A DNA stretch of 64,000 nt from Rhynchopus sp. YZ270_cl-10. Taxonomy: Eukaryota. A program made the position numbers and the translations under genes. The stretch spans positions 1,302,001 to 1,366,000 of the forward strand of contig OZ037842.1 in the NCBI GenBank assembly GCA_964035575.1. Reading direction: 5' to 3'. Below the pieces are notes generated by a model. It searched no databases, was not told the origin of the DNA, and worked only from the letters and a program-made list of their open reading frames with translations. Of this stretch, positions 9,239-21,312 are shown piece by piece (the first letter of the stretch is position 1; each line of letters begins with the position of its first letter).

Positions 9239-11812
9239 ATGTCGCGTGCATGTCTGACGGTGCTGCTGTGCGTGGGCGTGGACGTAACCACTGCGTTCCT
9301 GCCAGCGACACCTGCACCGTCGACCACAGATGCGCCACCAACACTTGTACCAGGTCTGGATACTATGTGTGAAGAACGCACTGACCTGAACGAAACTGCT
9401 GGGAACGTGACTTACGCGCACAGCAAGAATACTACGGTTCACTGTTGGCATATTGAGTGCAGCAACTCTGTTGTGATCACGTTCTCACACTTCGAATTGC
9501 CGTATCCCAATTTCCAGATTGCATCCTTAGACCTGTACAGCTCCAGCAATGGCGTGGATTACACTCAAGAGCGCTTCTTTACCCACAATGAAGGTCCTGG
9601 ATCAGATCCTATTGTGCTGAACGGGTTAACATATGTGCAGTTGTTCCCGTTCCCTTCTGCTAATGTTTCTTTCAGTTACGTGTGTGTGGATGCGACACGA
9701 GTACCAACCACAGATGCGCCACCAACCACAGACCCGCCACCAACGCCCGTACCAGGTATCGAGTACACGTGTGATCTGGTCATTGACCTGAACGAAACTG
9801 CTGGGAAGGTGACTTATCCGACCCCCCTTCCTTTCGTTAGCATTTACTGTTGACACATTGCGTGTGACAAGTCTGTTGTGATCACGTTCTCGCACCTCGT
9901 TTTAAAAGGAGACTTGTTCCTGTACAGCTCCGGCAATGGCGTGGATTATACTCTTGCGGACTCCTTTAACTACAAGGACATGAGTCCTGGATCAGTGCCT
10001 ATTGCGCTGAACGGGTCTGCATATGTGCAGTTCTTCCCAGGCGGTGAGTTTTCTTTCGATTACGTGTGTGTGGATGCGACACCGGCACCAACCACAGATG
10101 CGCCCCCAACGCTTGTACCAGGTGTGGATCGCATCTGCCAGGAGTACACTGTATTGAACGATGCTGGACACGTGGATTATGTGCAGAACACGGACCCCGC
10201 AGTGTGTTGGCACATTGCGTGCGACAAGGAGGTAGTGATCACGTTCACATGGTTGACCCTTTATGGAAATACGGTGTTGGACCTGTACAGCTCCAGCAAT
10301 GACACCTACACTCTTGAGAAACATATGACGACCTCTACTCCTACGCCAGAACGCGGTGTTGGTCTGAACGGTTCAGCCTTTCTGCAGTTTGTGAACGGGA
10401 AGGACTCTTCCCTTTCTTTCGACTACGTGTGTATGGACCCGACACCAGTACCAGCCACAGCTGCGCCACCAACGCTTGTACCAGGTGTGGGGGTCTGCCA
10501 GTGGTACGCTGACCTGAACGAAACTGCTGGGAACGTGACTGCCGTGACTTCCGTGAGTGGAACGTGGATTCAGTGTTGGCATATTGGGTGCAACACCCAT
10601 TCATTTGTTGAGATCACGTTCACATCCTTAAAATTTGACCCCCCAACCTTTCTTATGTCATCCTTGGACCTGTACAGCTCCGGCAATGGCGTGGATTATA
10701 CTTTTGCGGACTCCTTTAACTACTATTCCATGAGTCCTGGATCAGTGCCTATTGTGCTGAACGGGTCTGCATATGTGCAGTTGGCGCCACAGGTAGAGGA
10801 TAACTATAATATTTCTTTCGACTACGTGTGTACGAGTGGAACTCCACAGCCAACGACTGAGTCACCACCAACACTTGCACCAGGTGTCGTCGTCACTAAC
10901 TTGAACGAAACTGCTGGGAAGGTGGACTTTGTCAGCAGCATGGACATCAGCGTGGAGTGCTGGTACATTGAGTGCAACAATTCTGTCATGATCACGTTCA
11001 CGACTCTTTCATTGGAAAACTGGGCGTACTTGGAGCTCTTCAGTTCAGAGTCTGAGAACGGCACCATACACTACACCCCTGAGAGGATTATATCGCATTC
11101 GGACAGCACGGGTAGTGGTTTTGTGCTGAACGGTCCGGCCTTGGTGCAATTCATACAGAATTATGGTCTTGGTGAGAATGATGCTTCGAAGGTCGGGTTC
11201 AACTACATGTGTATTGGGAGTCCACAGCCGGCCACAGAGGCGCCACCAACACTTGTACCAGGTGTGGAGTACGTGTGTCAAAACCACACTGACCTGAACG
11301 ATACTTCCGGGAAGGTGTCCTACATGAACCATGAGGCAAACAACACGGCGTGCTGGCACATTGAATGTGACAAGTCTGTTGCGATCACCTTCTCGTACAT
11401 GCAGGTCTACGCACAGTCGTTCTTGTACCTGTACAGTTCAGGGAGCACCTCAGGGAGTGCCACACACTACACCCTGGAGAAGGTGCTGTTCTCGCCCGCT
11501 GCTTCTACGGGTGTTGAATATCTGCTGGATGGTTCGGCCTTGATGCAGTTCAGAAGCGACACTCATGCGGGGAGGACGGAACTTGATTTCGAGTACGTGT
11601 GTCAGAGTGCAGACAAGGACGACGGTGGGCACTCCACGTGGCCGTACGTTGTTTTCCCTGTGGTGGGTGTGCTCTCCCTTGCTCTTGGCGTGGTCGCACT
11701 GCTGAAGTCAGGTGTCTTCAAGGCAAAGGTGTCGAAGTCTTCTCTCAAGGACGGCGTCAACAATAACGAGGGTGCCTCAGTGATCATGCTTGAGGAGTCA
11801 CCCGTGATGTAG
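9239..11812 (+). pseudogene. Type I membrane protein with six CUB-like domains and P/T-rich linkers, interrupted by one in-frame TGA (9851-9853)
   Basis: Signal peptide; six units C..LNETAG.V..CWHI.C..V.ITF..L.LYSS..LNG..VQF..F.YVC; TM segment WPYVVFPVVGVLSLALGVVALL. The two track ORFs share one frame and the stop replaces the W of CWHI. Pseudogene versus readthrough is unresolved. Confidence 0.8.
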
Positions 11813-11910
11813 GAAAGCCATTTCTCAAACGGAGCTGGGTGTGTGGTTCCCTATGTTTTCTGTTTTATGTTCATTTTTTTTTTTTTTTACGCACACTACT
11901 TTGTGAGCGG

Positions 11911-12046
11911 AAAGTGTCACGTCGTTCACTCACCCAACCGTGCTCCGCAACACCACCACCCAACAGGTGATTTTTAGTGTGTGTGGAAGCGTCTACGCAT
12001 CAAACAACTACAAGAAGGGGGGTGAGGGAACGACACGTGACACTTT
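11911..12046. repeat. Small inverted repeat downstream of the CUB gene
   Basis: AAAGTGTCACGTCGTTCACTCACCC vs GGGTGAGGGAACGACACGTGACACTTT. Confidence 0.6.
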
Positions 12047-12270
12047 TTTTATATACCCTATACATAGCGCTCCAATTAGACTCTAACTAGATAATTAGAG
12101 TCGGCAGTTCGAGTATAATTAGAGTCTTTAAAACTCTAACTGAACTCTAATACTCTAACTGGACTCTAATTAGAGTCTAATTAGAGTCCTATAAGAGGGT
12201 CAATAAAGAGGGGCACATCAATCAATGCTATAGCCATCAACCCAGGGGGCATAGCTAGTGCAAGAAATTC

Positions 12271-13480
12271 TGGTGTGGCTGAAGGGGGGTGCTATTTTCT
12301 GCTATTTTCTGCTACTTTCTGCTATTTTCTGCTATTTTCTGCTATTTTGGGGGTCTGGATTTTTTTTATTTTTTGGCCGTGGTTTGGGCTTTTGCTAAAG
12401 GGAGGGGAAATGAGGGACTCCTGACCCCAGCCAGTCCCCAAAACACCTACCAAAGATGCAGGACAACGTTTTTTTCGAGCAAAAACGCGTAAAAAATAAG
12501 AGCAATTTTAGCAAAAAAAAAAAAATGTATCTTGTCCCGATATAGACCAGGTGCTGTACTGTGTACTGTGTACTGTGTACTGTGTACTGTGTACTGTGTA
12601 CTGTGTACTGTGTACTGTGTACTGTGTACTGTGTACTGTGTACTGTGTACTGTGTACTGTGTACTGTGTACTGTGTACTGTGTACTGTGTACTGTGTACT
12701 GTGTACTGTGTACTGTGTACTGTGTACTGTGTACTGTGTACTGTGTACTGTGTACTGTGTACTGTGTACTGTGTACTGTGTACTGTGTACTGTGTACTGT
12801 GTACTGTGTACTGTGTACTGTGTACTGTGTACTGTGTACTGTGTACTGTGTACTGTGTACTGTGTACTGTGTACTGTGTACTGTGTACTGTGTACTGTGT
12901 ACTGTGTACTGTGTACTGTGTACTGTGTACTGTGTACTGTGTACTGTGTACTGTGTACTGTGTACTGTGTACTGTGTACTGTGTACTGTGTACTGTGTAC
13001 TGTGTACTGTGTACTGTGTACTGTGTACTGTGTACTGTGTACTGTGTACTGTGTACTGTGTACTGTGTACTGTGTACTGTGTACTGTGTACTGTGTACTG
13101 TGTACTGTGTACTGTGTACTGTGTACTGTGTACTGTGTACTGTGTACTGTGTACTGTGTACTGTGTACTGTGTACTGTGTACTGTGTACTGTGTACTGTG
13201 TACTGTGTACTGTGTACTGTGTACTGTGTACTGTGTACTGTGTACTGTGTACTGTGTACTGTGTACTGTGTACTGTGTACTGTGTACCTTATGATCCGTT
13301 TGTGGAGTGGGAGGGGGTTTCCGGGTTTGCGGGCTGGCCAAGTTTTCTTCCCTCGTCCATCATGAGCCACACCACCACCCAGCCACCAAACCCAAAAAAA
13401 TCCCCCCTAAAGTGCTATTTTCTGCTATTTTCTGCGATTTTCTGCTATTTTCTGCTATTTTGGGGTCGTCAGCCACACCA
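12271..13480. mobile_element. Nested TG..CA element with 12-bp TIR, 5-bp TSD and a central microsatellite
   Basis: TGGTGTGGCTGA..TCAGCCACACCA; AATTC duplicated (12266-12270, 13481-13485); empty site CAAGAAATTCGA in the 18.5-kb copy; (GCTATTTTCT)n at both ends in direct orientation. Confidence 0.92.
12554..13287. repeat. (GTGTACT)n microsatellite, about 104 copies
   Basis: Direct reading. Confidence 0.98.
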
Positions 13481-14190
13481 AATTCGACTTTGTAATCCAG
13501 AAAGTCTGTTCTCTGCTTGCAGAGAACCAGACACAAGAAAATATTGTTTGTTCCCAGAACACCAGTGCACAATTCACACTCCTTGTGGATGGTCTTGTTG
13601 CCTTTTTAGCACAGGAATTTTGGCCCAGGGGCATGCACTTGAAGCATGGCTATTAGTCAGTTGACTCCCCAGTAGTGTGTATGGGGCAGTGTTGTTTTGT
13701 TATGAATTCTCTTTGGTATTGTCGATCGCGGGTAGTTGTTCAACGCGAGGCTTGGATCTCTCCTGGGTTCATAAGTAGTATTTCTTCGGCTGAAATGAAC
13801 GTATGCTCGCTATAGATTTCCCGTCAACACAGCCTTTGATACTGGGATTACCCCTTCGACCCCTTAGTGGTAGTTAAATTCGATTGATATTTACATTCCT
13901 ACAGATGAAAGAACAAGACACCACTTCTGTACCCGCGCATCAACATTTGTAGAAAACTTTGCACCCGAAACACCTTTCAATAATGCCCGCCAAAAGGCGC
14001 CCCTTGTTGCTGGGAGTTTCTCATGTTTGATACCTGCACAGCAGGCATTCCTCTGAGTCCAACGCTGCTTGGCCTGTCTGCGGCGTTGCACCGAAGGTGC
14101 ACATAGAGTTTTTGCATCGCATTCCCTAATGTATGGGGCACTCACACTTGAGGGCCTGTGCCACTGCGCGGGTCTGAGTACCTGGGTACC

Positions 14191-14376
14191 CATAGCTGAG
14201 AATAAGCCGGGTCCCGAGTCCCGGTACTGGGTACTAGGTACAGTAGGACTAGGACTAGGCCCCCACCCTCCCGCGACCGGGTCCCCGACCCGCTTTCAGG
14301 CGGACCACAGCGCCTTCACATATTGTGTCCCAGTCCGGCTGAGAACTCGGTTCCCCAAGTCTTATTTTCAGCTATG
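14191..14376. mobile_element. 186-bp mini TIR element (CATAG..CTATG, 8-bp TSD; P/hAT-type); second copy at 19236-19424
   Basis: TIR CATAGCTGAGAATAAG / CTTATTYTCAGCTATG; TSD TGGGTACC (14183-14190, 14377-14384). Confidence 0.8.
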
Positions 14377-14671
14377 TGGGTACCTGGGCACCTGGGTCCT
14401 ACAGAGGAACCTTAGGGGAACCGGTTCCTTACGGCGTTTGCACCTACAAGAAGCCTGTTGTTTTACTCTAATTAGACTATAATTAGAGTGTAGTTAGAGT
14501 CTAATTATGCTCTAACTGCACTCTAATTATAGTCTAATTGAAGAAAAGCGACTCTAATTATACTCTAACTGGACTCTAACTGACTTGGCCCAAAATCCCA
14601 GACTCTAATTATACCCTAATACTCTAATTAGAGCGCTATGTATAATACCCCCATCTTTTTTTAGCACATAT

Positions 14672-14777
14672 CAGATGTAACCCACGAAACGGATGTAGGA
14701 CTGCATGGTTGGTCCACCCCGGTACAGCCGGTCATGTACCAAGGTACACTGTCACGAGCGGGCTGTTGTATTTCAAG
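14672..14777 (+). repeat. Multi-hairpin dispersed repeat of about 100 nt (copies 39798-39898, 47126-47214, 60385-60481; partial at about 17953 and 49310)
   Basis: Shared AGATGTAAACCACGAAA..GGAC..GTCC..CCGGTACAGCCGG..TACCAAGGTAC..ACGAGAGGGCT..TGTATTTCAA, always on +. Confidence 0.8.
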
Positions 14778-15074
14778 TTGACTTTTGCTTCTTTTTTAAA
14801 GAAAGTCGAACAGTTGTCAGTTCTACTCCGGCTGACTAGGTCGGATTACCACCTGCAAACATCTTAAAGATTCTTTTAGGTGTCAGTACTAAAAATATTG
14901 GCAGCGCTTTGGCTTACCCGACTTTGTGCGCACAAGCAAAATCCCGATTTTTTCTCTCTCTGTTTCTCTTGTTTCACGACAGATGACCTTGTATTGGTTT
15001 CGTGGAGGAGGCTGGCATACGAGGGACTCTCATTTGCCAGGAGAAGGCGGAGGGGTTTTTTTTTTTATTCCCCT

Positions 15075-15424
15075 GGGAAATAAAGTATACGAAGGATTTG
15101 GCACTTTTAGCGGGATTTTATTTAATGATAATTTCACGCTAAATTTTGGTACATGTAGGTAGTAGGGCTGGAGGGACCGTCCAGCCTTTTTTAGCCTCCC
15201 TCCAGCCTCCTCAATCCCGCCAGCCCCTCAGCGGGCCTATCTAGGGGTCCGCGGGACCCGGTAGCGCTGGCGGGAGGGTAATGAGAGCTTTTTTTTTTTT
15301 TTTTTCACGCTCTTTTTTTTTTTCTTTCCCTGAGAGCTTCCTGTGAGGACACATACTCGTTAGTTATTGCACAATAAATAAGTCACGCTAAAAGTGCCAA
15401 ATCCTTTCGTATACTTTATTTCCC
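15075..15424. mobile_element. MITE-like inverted-repeat element of about 350 bp
   Basis: GGGAAATAAAGTATACGAAGGATTTGGCACTTTTAGCG vs CGCTAAAAGTGCCAAATCCTTTCGTATACTTTATTTCCC; no clear TSD. Confidence 0.7.
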
Positions 15425-15440
15425 GTGAAATAAAATTACG

Positions 15441-15606
15441 TATTCACCTCCTTTTAGCGGATTATTTTGCGATACTTCACTTATTTTTTTCCCAGGCTCG
15501 TGCACTCAATTTGCCTCGCTTCGCTCGGCAAATTAAGTAGCCCTCGCCTGGGAAAAAAATGCGTGAAGTTATCGCAAAATAAAACCCCGCTAAAAGGAGG
15601 TGAATA
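15441..15606. repeat. 166-bp imperfect palindrome centred on GCCTCGCTTCGCTCGGC
   Basis: TATTCACCTCCTTTTAGCGG..TTTTTTCCCAGGC..AATTTGCC | GGCAAATT..GCCTGGGAAAAAA..CCGCTAAAAGGAGGTGAATA. Confidence 0.85.
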
Positions 15607-15664
15607 AATAGTTATTTTTTTTTTTTTTTTTTTTCACTGTAACCTACCAGGGTTTTTTTATTTT

Positions 15665-17897
15665 GAGAAAAGTTCGATTTCGGCCTCGAAAATTACCGTG
15701 ACACCGATTTGTCACGGAATTTTGTCACGGAATTTTTTTGAAAGATTCGATTTCGTGACAAAAAAAAATCGATTTCGTGACAAACCAATTTTTTCATTGA
15801 CACACAAAATTCGATTTCGTGACAAACCGATTTTTTCATTGACAAAAAAAAATTCGATTTCGTGACAAATCCAAAAATTCAGTGACAAAAAAATGTCAAT
15901 GAAAAAATGGATTTTGTCAAGGAAACCGAACTTTTTGTCACGGAAAAAGTCGTGACAGAAATGGATTTTGTCAAGGAAACCAAACTTTTTGTCACGGAAA
16001 AAGTCGTGACAGGGCACTGGGTACTGGGTACACTGGATACAAGGATAAAAGTCGTGAAAGAGCAACCACAGCTCCACATGACAAACACAAAAGTGTCCAG
16101 TCACGTGGGGCATGCATGCACTGAGGAGATAATGATCCAACAATTTACAAGAAAGATTACTTAACCTACTGCTGGAAATTGCCAGGTCGTAGTAACACAC
16201 AAAGTGTGCCTCCGTTCGGGAAGACCGGATATTCTAGAGACCAAAAAGGCCTCAAGAATATCTTCCGGTAGTCAAGGTATAACCGAATGAACGGCCCAAG
16301 ACCCCCGTGGAGAAGTTAAATGTGTAATGCTATCAGGTAGAAACTGCGAACACTGTCTTACCCTCCTCAATGCATGGTGGAAGATGTCTTTACAACAAAT
16401 ATCCTGTACCCAGGTACCAGGTTCCCAGACCCACGTAGTACCACGTCGCAGTACTACGCAAAATTTACCACCAGACCCTGTCTTCGTGCACCTTAAGTAC
16501 AACGCCGCAGACAGGCCAAACATGCGTTGGACTCAGAGGAATGCCTGCTGTGCAGTGTATCAAACATGAGAACCAACTCCCAGCAACAAGGGGCGCCTTT
16601 TGGCGGGCGTTGTTGAGGGTGTTTGGGGTGCAAAGTTTTCCACAATTTTGATGCGCGGGTACAGAAGTGTTATCTTGTTCTTTCATCTCTAGGAAATGTA
16701 AATGTCAATCGCGTTTAACTACCACTAGGGCTTGTTCAGTGAACCCACAAGGGGTCGAAGGGGGTTGGTTATCCCGTATCTATCAAAGGTTGTGTCGACC
16801 AGGCTAAACCACTATGTTACGCTGTACGTTGTTAAATCCGAAGAAATAACACTTTAGCAGCCGCAGGAAGTTTGCTAAAAAGAGTGCCTCACGCTACACA
16901 AACCACCACCCGCGATTGACTTAGATGTTATAACAAAGAGAATTCAGAACAAAACAACACCCTGCCCCATACACACTAAATTGTCATGCTTCGAGAGCAT
17001 GCCTGGGCCAAAATTACTATGACGAAAAGGCAACAAGACCACCCACAAGGAGTGTGAATTGTGCACTGGTTTTCTGGGGGAACAAACAATATTTTCTTGT
17101 GTCTAGTCCTCCGGAAGCAGAGGACAGACTTTCCGGAAGGTTTCCAAAGTCGAATTTCTTGCACTAGCTATGCTCCCTGGTTAATGGCTATAGCAGTGAC
17201 TGACAAAGTGTTCCCACCCCCCTTTCCACCACCATAATAACCGAACTCTGCTTATCAAACCACAATCTGAATCTGCTTCCGTCGCATGCGCTGGTGGATT
17301 CGATCTGTTTTGGTGTGTGTAATGGAATGTATGGGTGAGGGTTGGGGTATTAGGTATAGAAACTTGCGCACCCATTAATTTTTTACCGAATGAAAATGAA
17401 ATCTGCAATGAGTGTCTGCTGCATATCATTTAGTGGGGCTGGCCTCTGGCCAGAGGCGTGCAAGCCTGACCGTGTTCGCGATATACTAAGTCTTGCATAA
17501 TCATAAAGTTATCATACCTTGTGTCTTCAGTCTCTGCCCTTAGGTTTCTAGACAGCTCAAGAATGGCCTCTTTTGTGTTTGTCAAGTGGCTGTCTGGTCA
17601 CTTTTCAGTGACTGGCGGGTTGGCTGTCACGACTTTTTCCTTGACAAAATCCATTTTTTTCAATGACATTTTTTTGTCAATGAAAAAATGGATTTGTCAC
17701 GAAATCGAATTTTTTTTTGTCAATGAAAAAAGTCATTTGTCACTAAATTGAATTTTGTGTGTCAATGAAAAAATCGGCTTGTCACGAAATCGAACTTTTT
17801 TTGTCACGAAATCGAATCTTTCAAAAAAATTCCGTGACAAAGTACCGTGACAAATCGGTGTCACGGGTATTTTCGAGGCCGAAATCGAACTTTTCTC
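15665..17897. mobile_element. Foldback-type Mutator-like element with internally repetitive TIRs of about 270-350 bp
   Basis: GAGAAAAGTTCGATTTCGGCCTCGAAAA..TTTTCGAGGCCGAAATCGAACTTTTCTC; 9-bp TSD TTTTATTTT (15656-15664, 17898-17906); TCGATTTCGTGACAAA subrepeats. Confidence 0.88.
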
Positions 17898-18343
17898 TTT
17901 TATTTTTATTTTCTGTCTCTGGTTGTTTAGTTGTGCTTTGTTTTGTTTTCTTAGGTACACTGTCCCGCGAGGGCTTTGTATTGCAACGTTCTTTTTCCCT
18001 TTGCATCTCTGCTTTCCCTACGAGCTCTGATACGGTATCCTCAAAGTGCATGTGTTTTTTTGTCATGCGTATGCATCTTGTGTTAGTCTTCAAAAAGTGT
18101 TTATTGAACTGAAATTGCGGGATGGTAGCACTACCCGCTGGCAGTTCCTGCATGGCCACATAGACTTCTCTTTATTTGCAATAAGGGGAGGTGTTTTTTT
18201 TTTTTTTTTTGTTCACCTTCGATTTATTCAAAAACAAAGCGTGCCCCCCATTCCCCCTATTTTTCCTCGCACGGTGGACTGCTCAATGCAAAAGTACTGT
18301 TCAATGACCAAATAACCGACCTTTCCATTTCACTCAAGCTATA

Positions 18344-19690
18344 TACATAGCGCTCTAATTAGACTCCAACTAGATAATTAGAGTCGGCAGTTAGAGTATA
18401 ATTAGAGTCTTTAAAACTCTAACTGAACTCTAATACTCTAACTGGACTCTAATTAGACTCTAATTAGAGTCTTATAATAGGGTCAATAAGAGGGGCACAT
18501 CAACCAATGCTATAGCCATAAACCCAGGGAGCATAGCCAGTGCAAGAAATTCGATTTTGTAATCCAGAACGTCTGTTTTCTGCTTGCAGAGGACTAGATA
18601 CAAGAAAATATTGTTTGTTCCCCCAGAAAACCAGTGCACAATTCACACTGGTCTTGTTGCCTTTTTAGCACAGGAATTTTGGCCCAGGGCATGATCACTT
18701 GAAGCATGGCACTTTAGTGTGCATGGGGTAGGGTGTTGTTTGTTATGAATTCTCTTTGTTATAACATCTAAGTCAATCGCGGGTGGTGGTTTAGCGCGAG
18801 GCTTGGATCTCTCCTGGGTTCATAAGTAGTTATTTCTGCGGATGAAATGAACGTATACTCATAGATTTCCCGTCGACACAACCTTTGATACTGGGATTAT
18901 CCCCTTCGACCCCTTAGTGGTAGTTAAACTCGATTGACATTTACATTCCTAGAGATGAAAGAACAAGACAACACTTCTGTACCCGCGCATCAAAATTGTG
19001 GAAAACTTTGCACCCCAAACATCCTCAATAACGCCCGCCAAAAGGCGCCCCTTGTTACTGGGAGTTGGTTCTCATGTTTGTTACCTGCACAGCAGGAATT
19101 CCTCTGAGTCCAACGCTGTTTGGCCTGTCTGCGGCATTGCACCCGAAGGTGCACGAAGAGTTTTTGCGGTGTCGCATTCCCTCATGTGTGGGTCACTCAC
19201 ACTTGAGGGCATGTGCCACTGCGGGTCCGGGTACCCATAGCTGAGAATAAGCCGGGTCCCGAGTCCCGGGTACTAGGTACAGTAGGACTTGGACTAGGCC
19301 CCCACCCTCCCGCGACCGGGTCCCCGACCCGCTTTCAGGCGGACCCAGCGCCTTCACATAGTTGTGTCCCAGTCCGGCTGAGAATAACCGGGTCCCGGGT
19401 CCCCAAGTCTTATTCTCAGCTATGTGGGCACCTGGACACCTGGGTCCTACAGAGGAACCTTAGGGGAACCAGTTCCTTAAGGCGTTTGCACCTACAAGAA
19501 GCCTGTTGTTTTACTCTAATTAGACTATAATTAGAGTGTAGTTAGAGTCTAATTATGCTCTAACTGCGCTCTAATTATAGTCTAATTGAAGAAAAGCGAC
19601 TCTAATTATACTCTAACTGGACTCTAACTGACTTGACCCAAAATCCCAGACTCTAATTATACCCTAACACTCTAATTGGAGCGCTATGTA
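18344..19690. mobile_element. TA-flanked MITE, copy 2
   Basis: Same TIRs and body as 12061-14642, without the 12271 insertion. Confidence 0.9.
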
Positions 19691-19903
19691 TAAAGCTAGG
19701 TTTTTTTTATTTTGTCTCTCCACGGAGAACCTGAAGGTTATAGTACATTTTGTTATGGTTGACCAAACAAACCGGCCTCAATCAAAGTTTGTGGTCATGC
19801 GTCCATACCCCCACCTTACTCCAGCTCACTTCTTTTAAGATACTAACATTCTCCTGCACAGAGGTGGGTGGTCGAAGTAAACACAACACAACATCACCGA
19901 ACG

Positions 19904-21312
19904 ATGACTATGAAGAACCGCTTTGTGAAGGCAGAGCGCGAGCAGACCACCACCTCACGGAGCAGTGTGTACTACGATGACGATGGGGACGACGACCTGA
20001 CGGAGCACCTCCTACCACGCAACGATTCGGCAGAGTCGACCGGGCAGTACCACCCGACTGCACAAACAGAGTCGTACTATGCATCGCTCTCCACAAAAGC
20101 ATCGCGCTTCTTTTCTGGCCTCTTCTTTGCTATCTCCGGAGTCATCCCTTTTCTTGACTTCCGTGACGTCACCAACGAACAGATCAACCGACTCTTCCCC
20201 TTCCGCGACTACGTACAAAGATCCTTCACACCGGAAGACCCGGACCACCTCAAAAAGCTTCTCCTCCTCTGGACCCGCTACAATGAGTCGCTAAGAACCA
20301 ATGTCGTTCTGATCGACGCTGAGGTGAACGCGACCTCGGGGGACCCGGTTAAATCGAACCAGAGCGCTGCGGAACAGCAGTACATTTCGAAGAAGTGGTC
20401 GCGGGTGGGCTTTCAAGGGTCGGACCCGAATACGGATTTCAGGGGGGGTGGTGTGTTTTCGTTGATCAATTTGCTGCGTTTCAGTGAATGTGAGCCTGAG
20501 GTGTTTCGGAGGCTGTTGAGGGAGTCGGAAGCGACAGCGGATATTCCGCTGGGGGAAGGGCGGTATGCCATGCCGGTTGCAATATCAGGGATCAACGTGT
20601 GCATGATGCTTCTCCACATGCTGCAGCTGACATCAGCAAAGACATGCTTCTCGACAACACAGAAGACGACCGCGACCACACGAATCGCACGCCGGCACCT
20701 AACCTGCTTCCTCCTCGACGCAGCCTCACAAAGCGAAAGCGAAGAAGAGCTCATTGCAAGCCTCGAAGACGCCTTTGGACGCGTCTTCTGCTACACCTTC
20801 AAACTTCTCGACAAAATGTGGCAGGCATCCCCAGGAAACATCATGGAGTTCAACTCTGTCCTCCTGCAGGTATGCACTTTAAAAGGTAGATTGAGAGCGG
20901 TAAAAATTGTTCAAGAAAAAAAAAATATTTTCTAAAATCATGTCGGCAGGTGGTGGTGGATAGCTTGATGCGGACCCCTTTGAAGGTTCTTTTCTTCTGT
21001 CACCTCATGAAATGAGGGAGGAAATAGAAACAACGCACTTTGAGGTTCTAGAACCGCGCTGCAGAGCCACACCTCACCAAACAGGTCGAGGTGTGTGCGT
21101 TTCACCACAACCTCTCCCATGGGTTTTATCGTGTGATGAGTGTTAAGTTTCTATTTCTAAAAGTTGCTCTTAAGGGTTCAGGACGAACGACGTCTATACC
21201 TTACATAATTGTCAACACAACAAAAAATAACATAATCACACAGTGCAAAAATGAATTGGAGGAAAAGCTTCGCGTAGCAGAGTCGCTGGATGAACTGTGC
21301 GACAGTCTGTAA
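19904..21312 (+). CDS. ELMO/CED-12 domain protein (ELMOD-like); exons 19904-20869, 21244-21312
   Basis: WSRVGFQGSDPNTDFRGGGVFSLINL and MEFN motifs; phase-0 GTATG..CAG intron restores the C-terminus. Confidence 0.88.

Larger units (their letters stand above)
12061..14642. mobile_element. TA-flanked MITE, copy 1, carrying nested insertions
   Basis: TIR TACATAGCGCTCYAATTAGA; TA on both sides; many ACTCTAA/TTAGAG subterminal motifs; co-linear with 18344-19690. Confidence 0.9.

Noticed and set aside
9851..9853. Genome-wide UGA=Trp reassignment
   Set aside because: Trp is TGG elsewhere, and TGA terminates genes at 25317, 37634, 48957, 49869 and 56408.
15740..16010. CRISPR-like arrays (also 22270-22440 and 38380-39040)
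   Set aside because: Spacers are not unique, the repeats lie in TIRs or TE interiors, there are no cas genes, and the context is eukaryotic.
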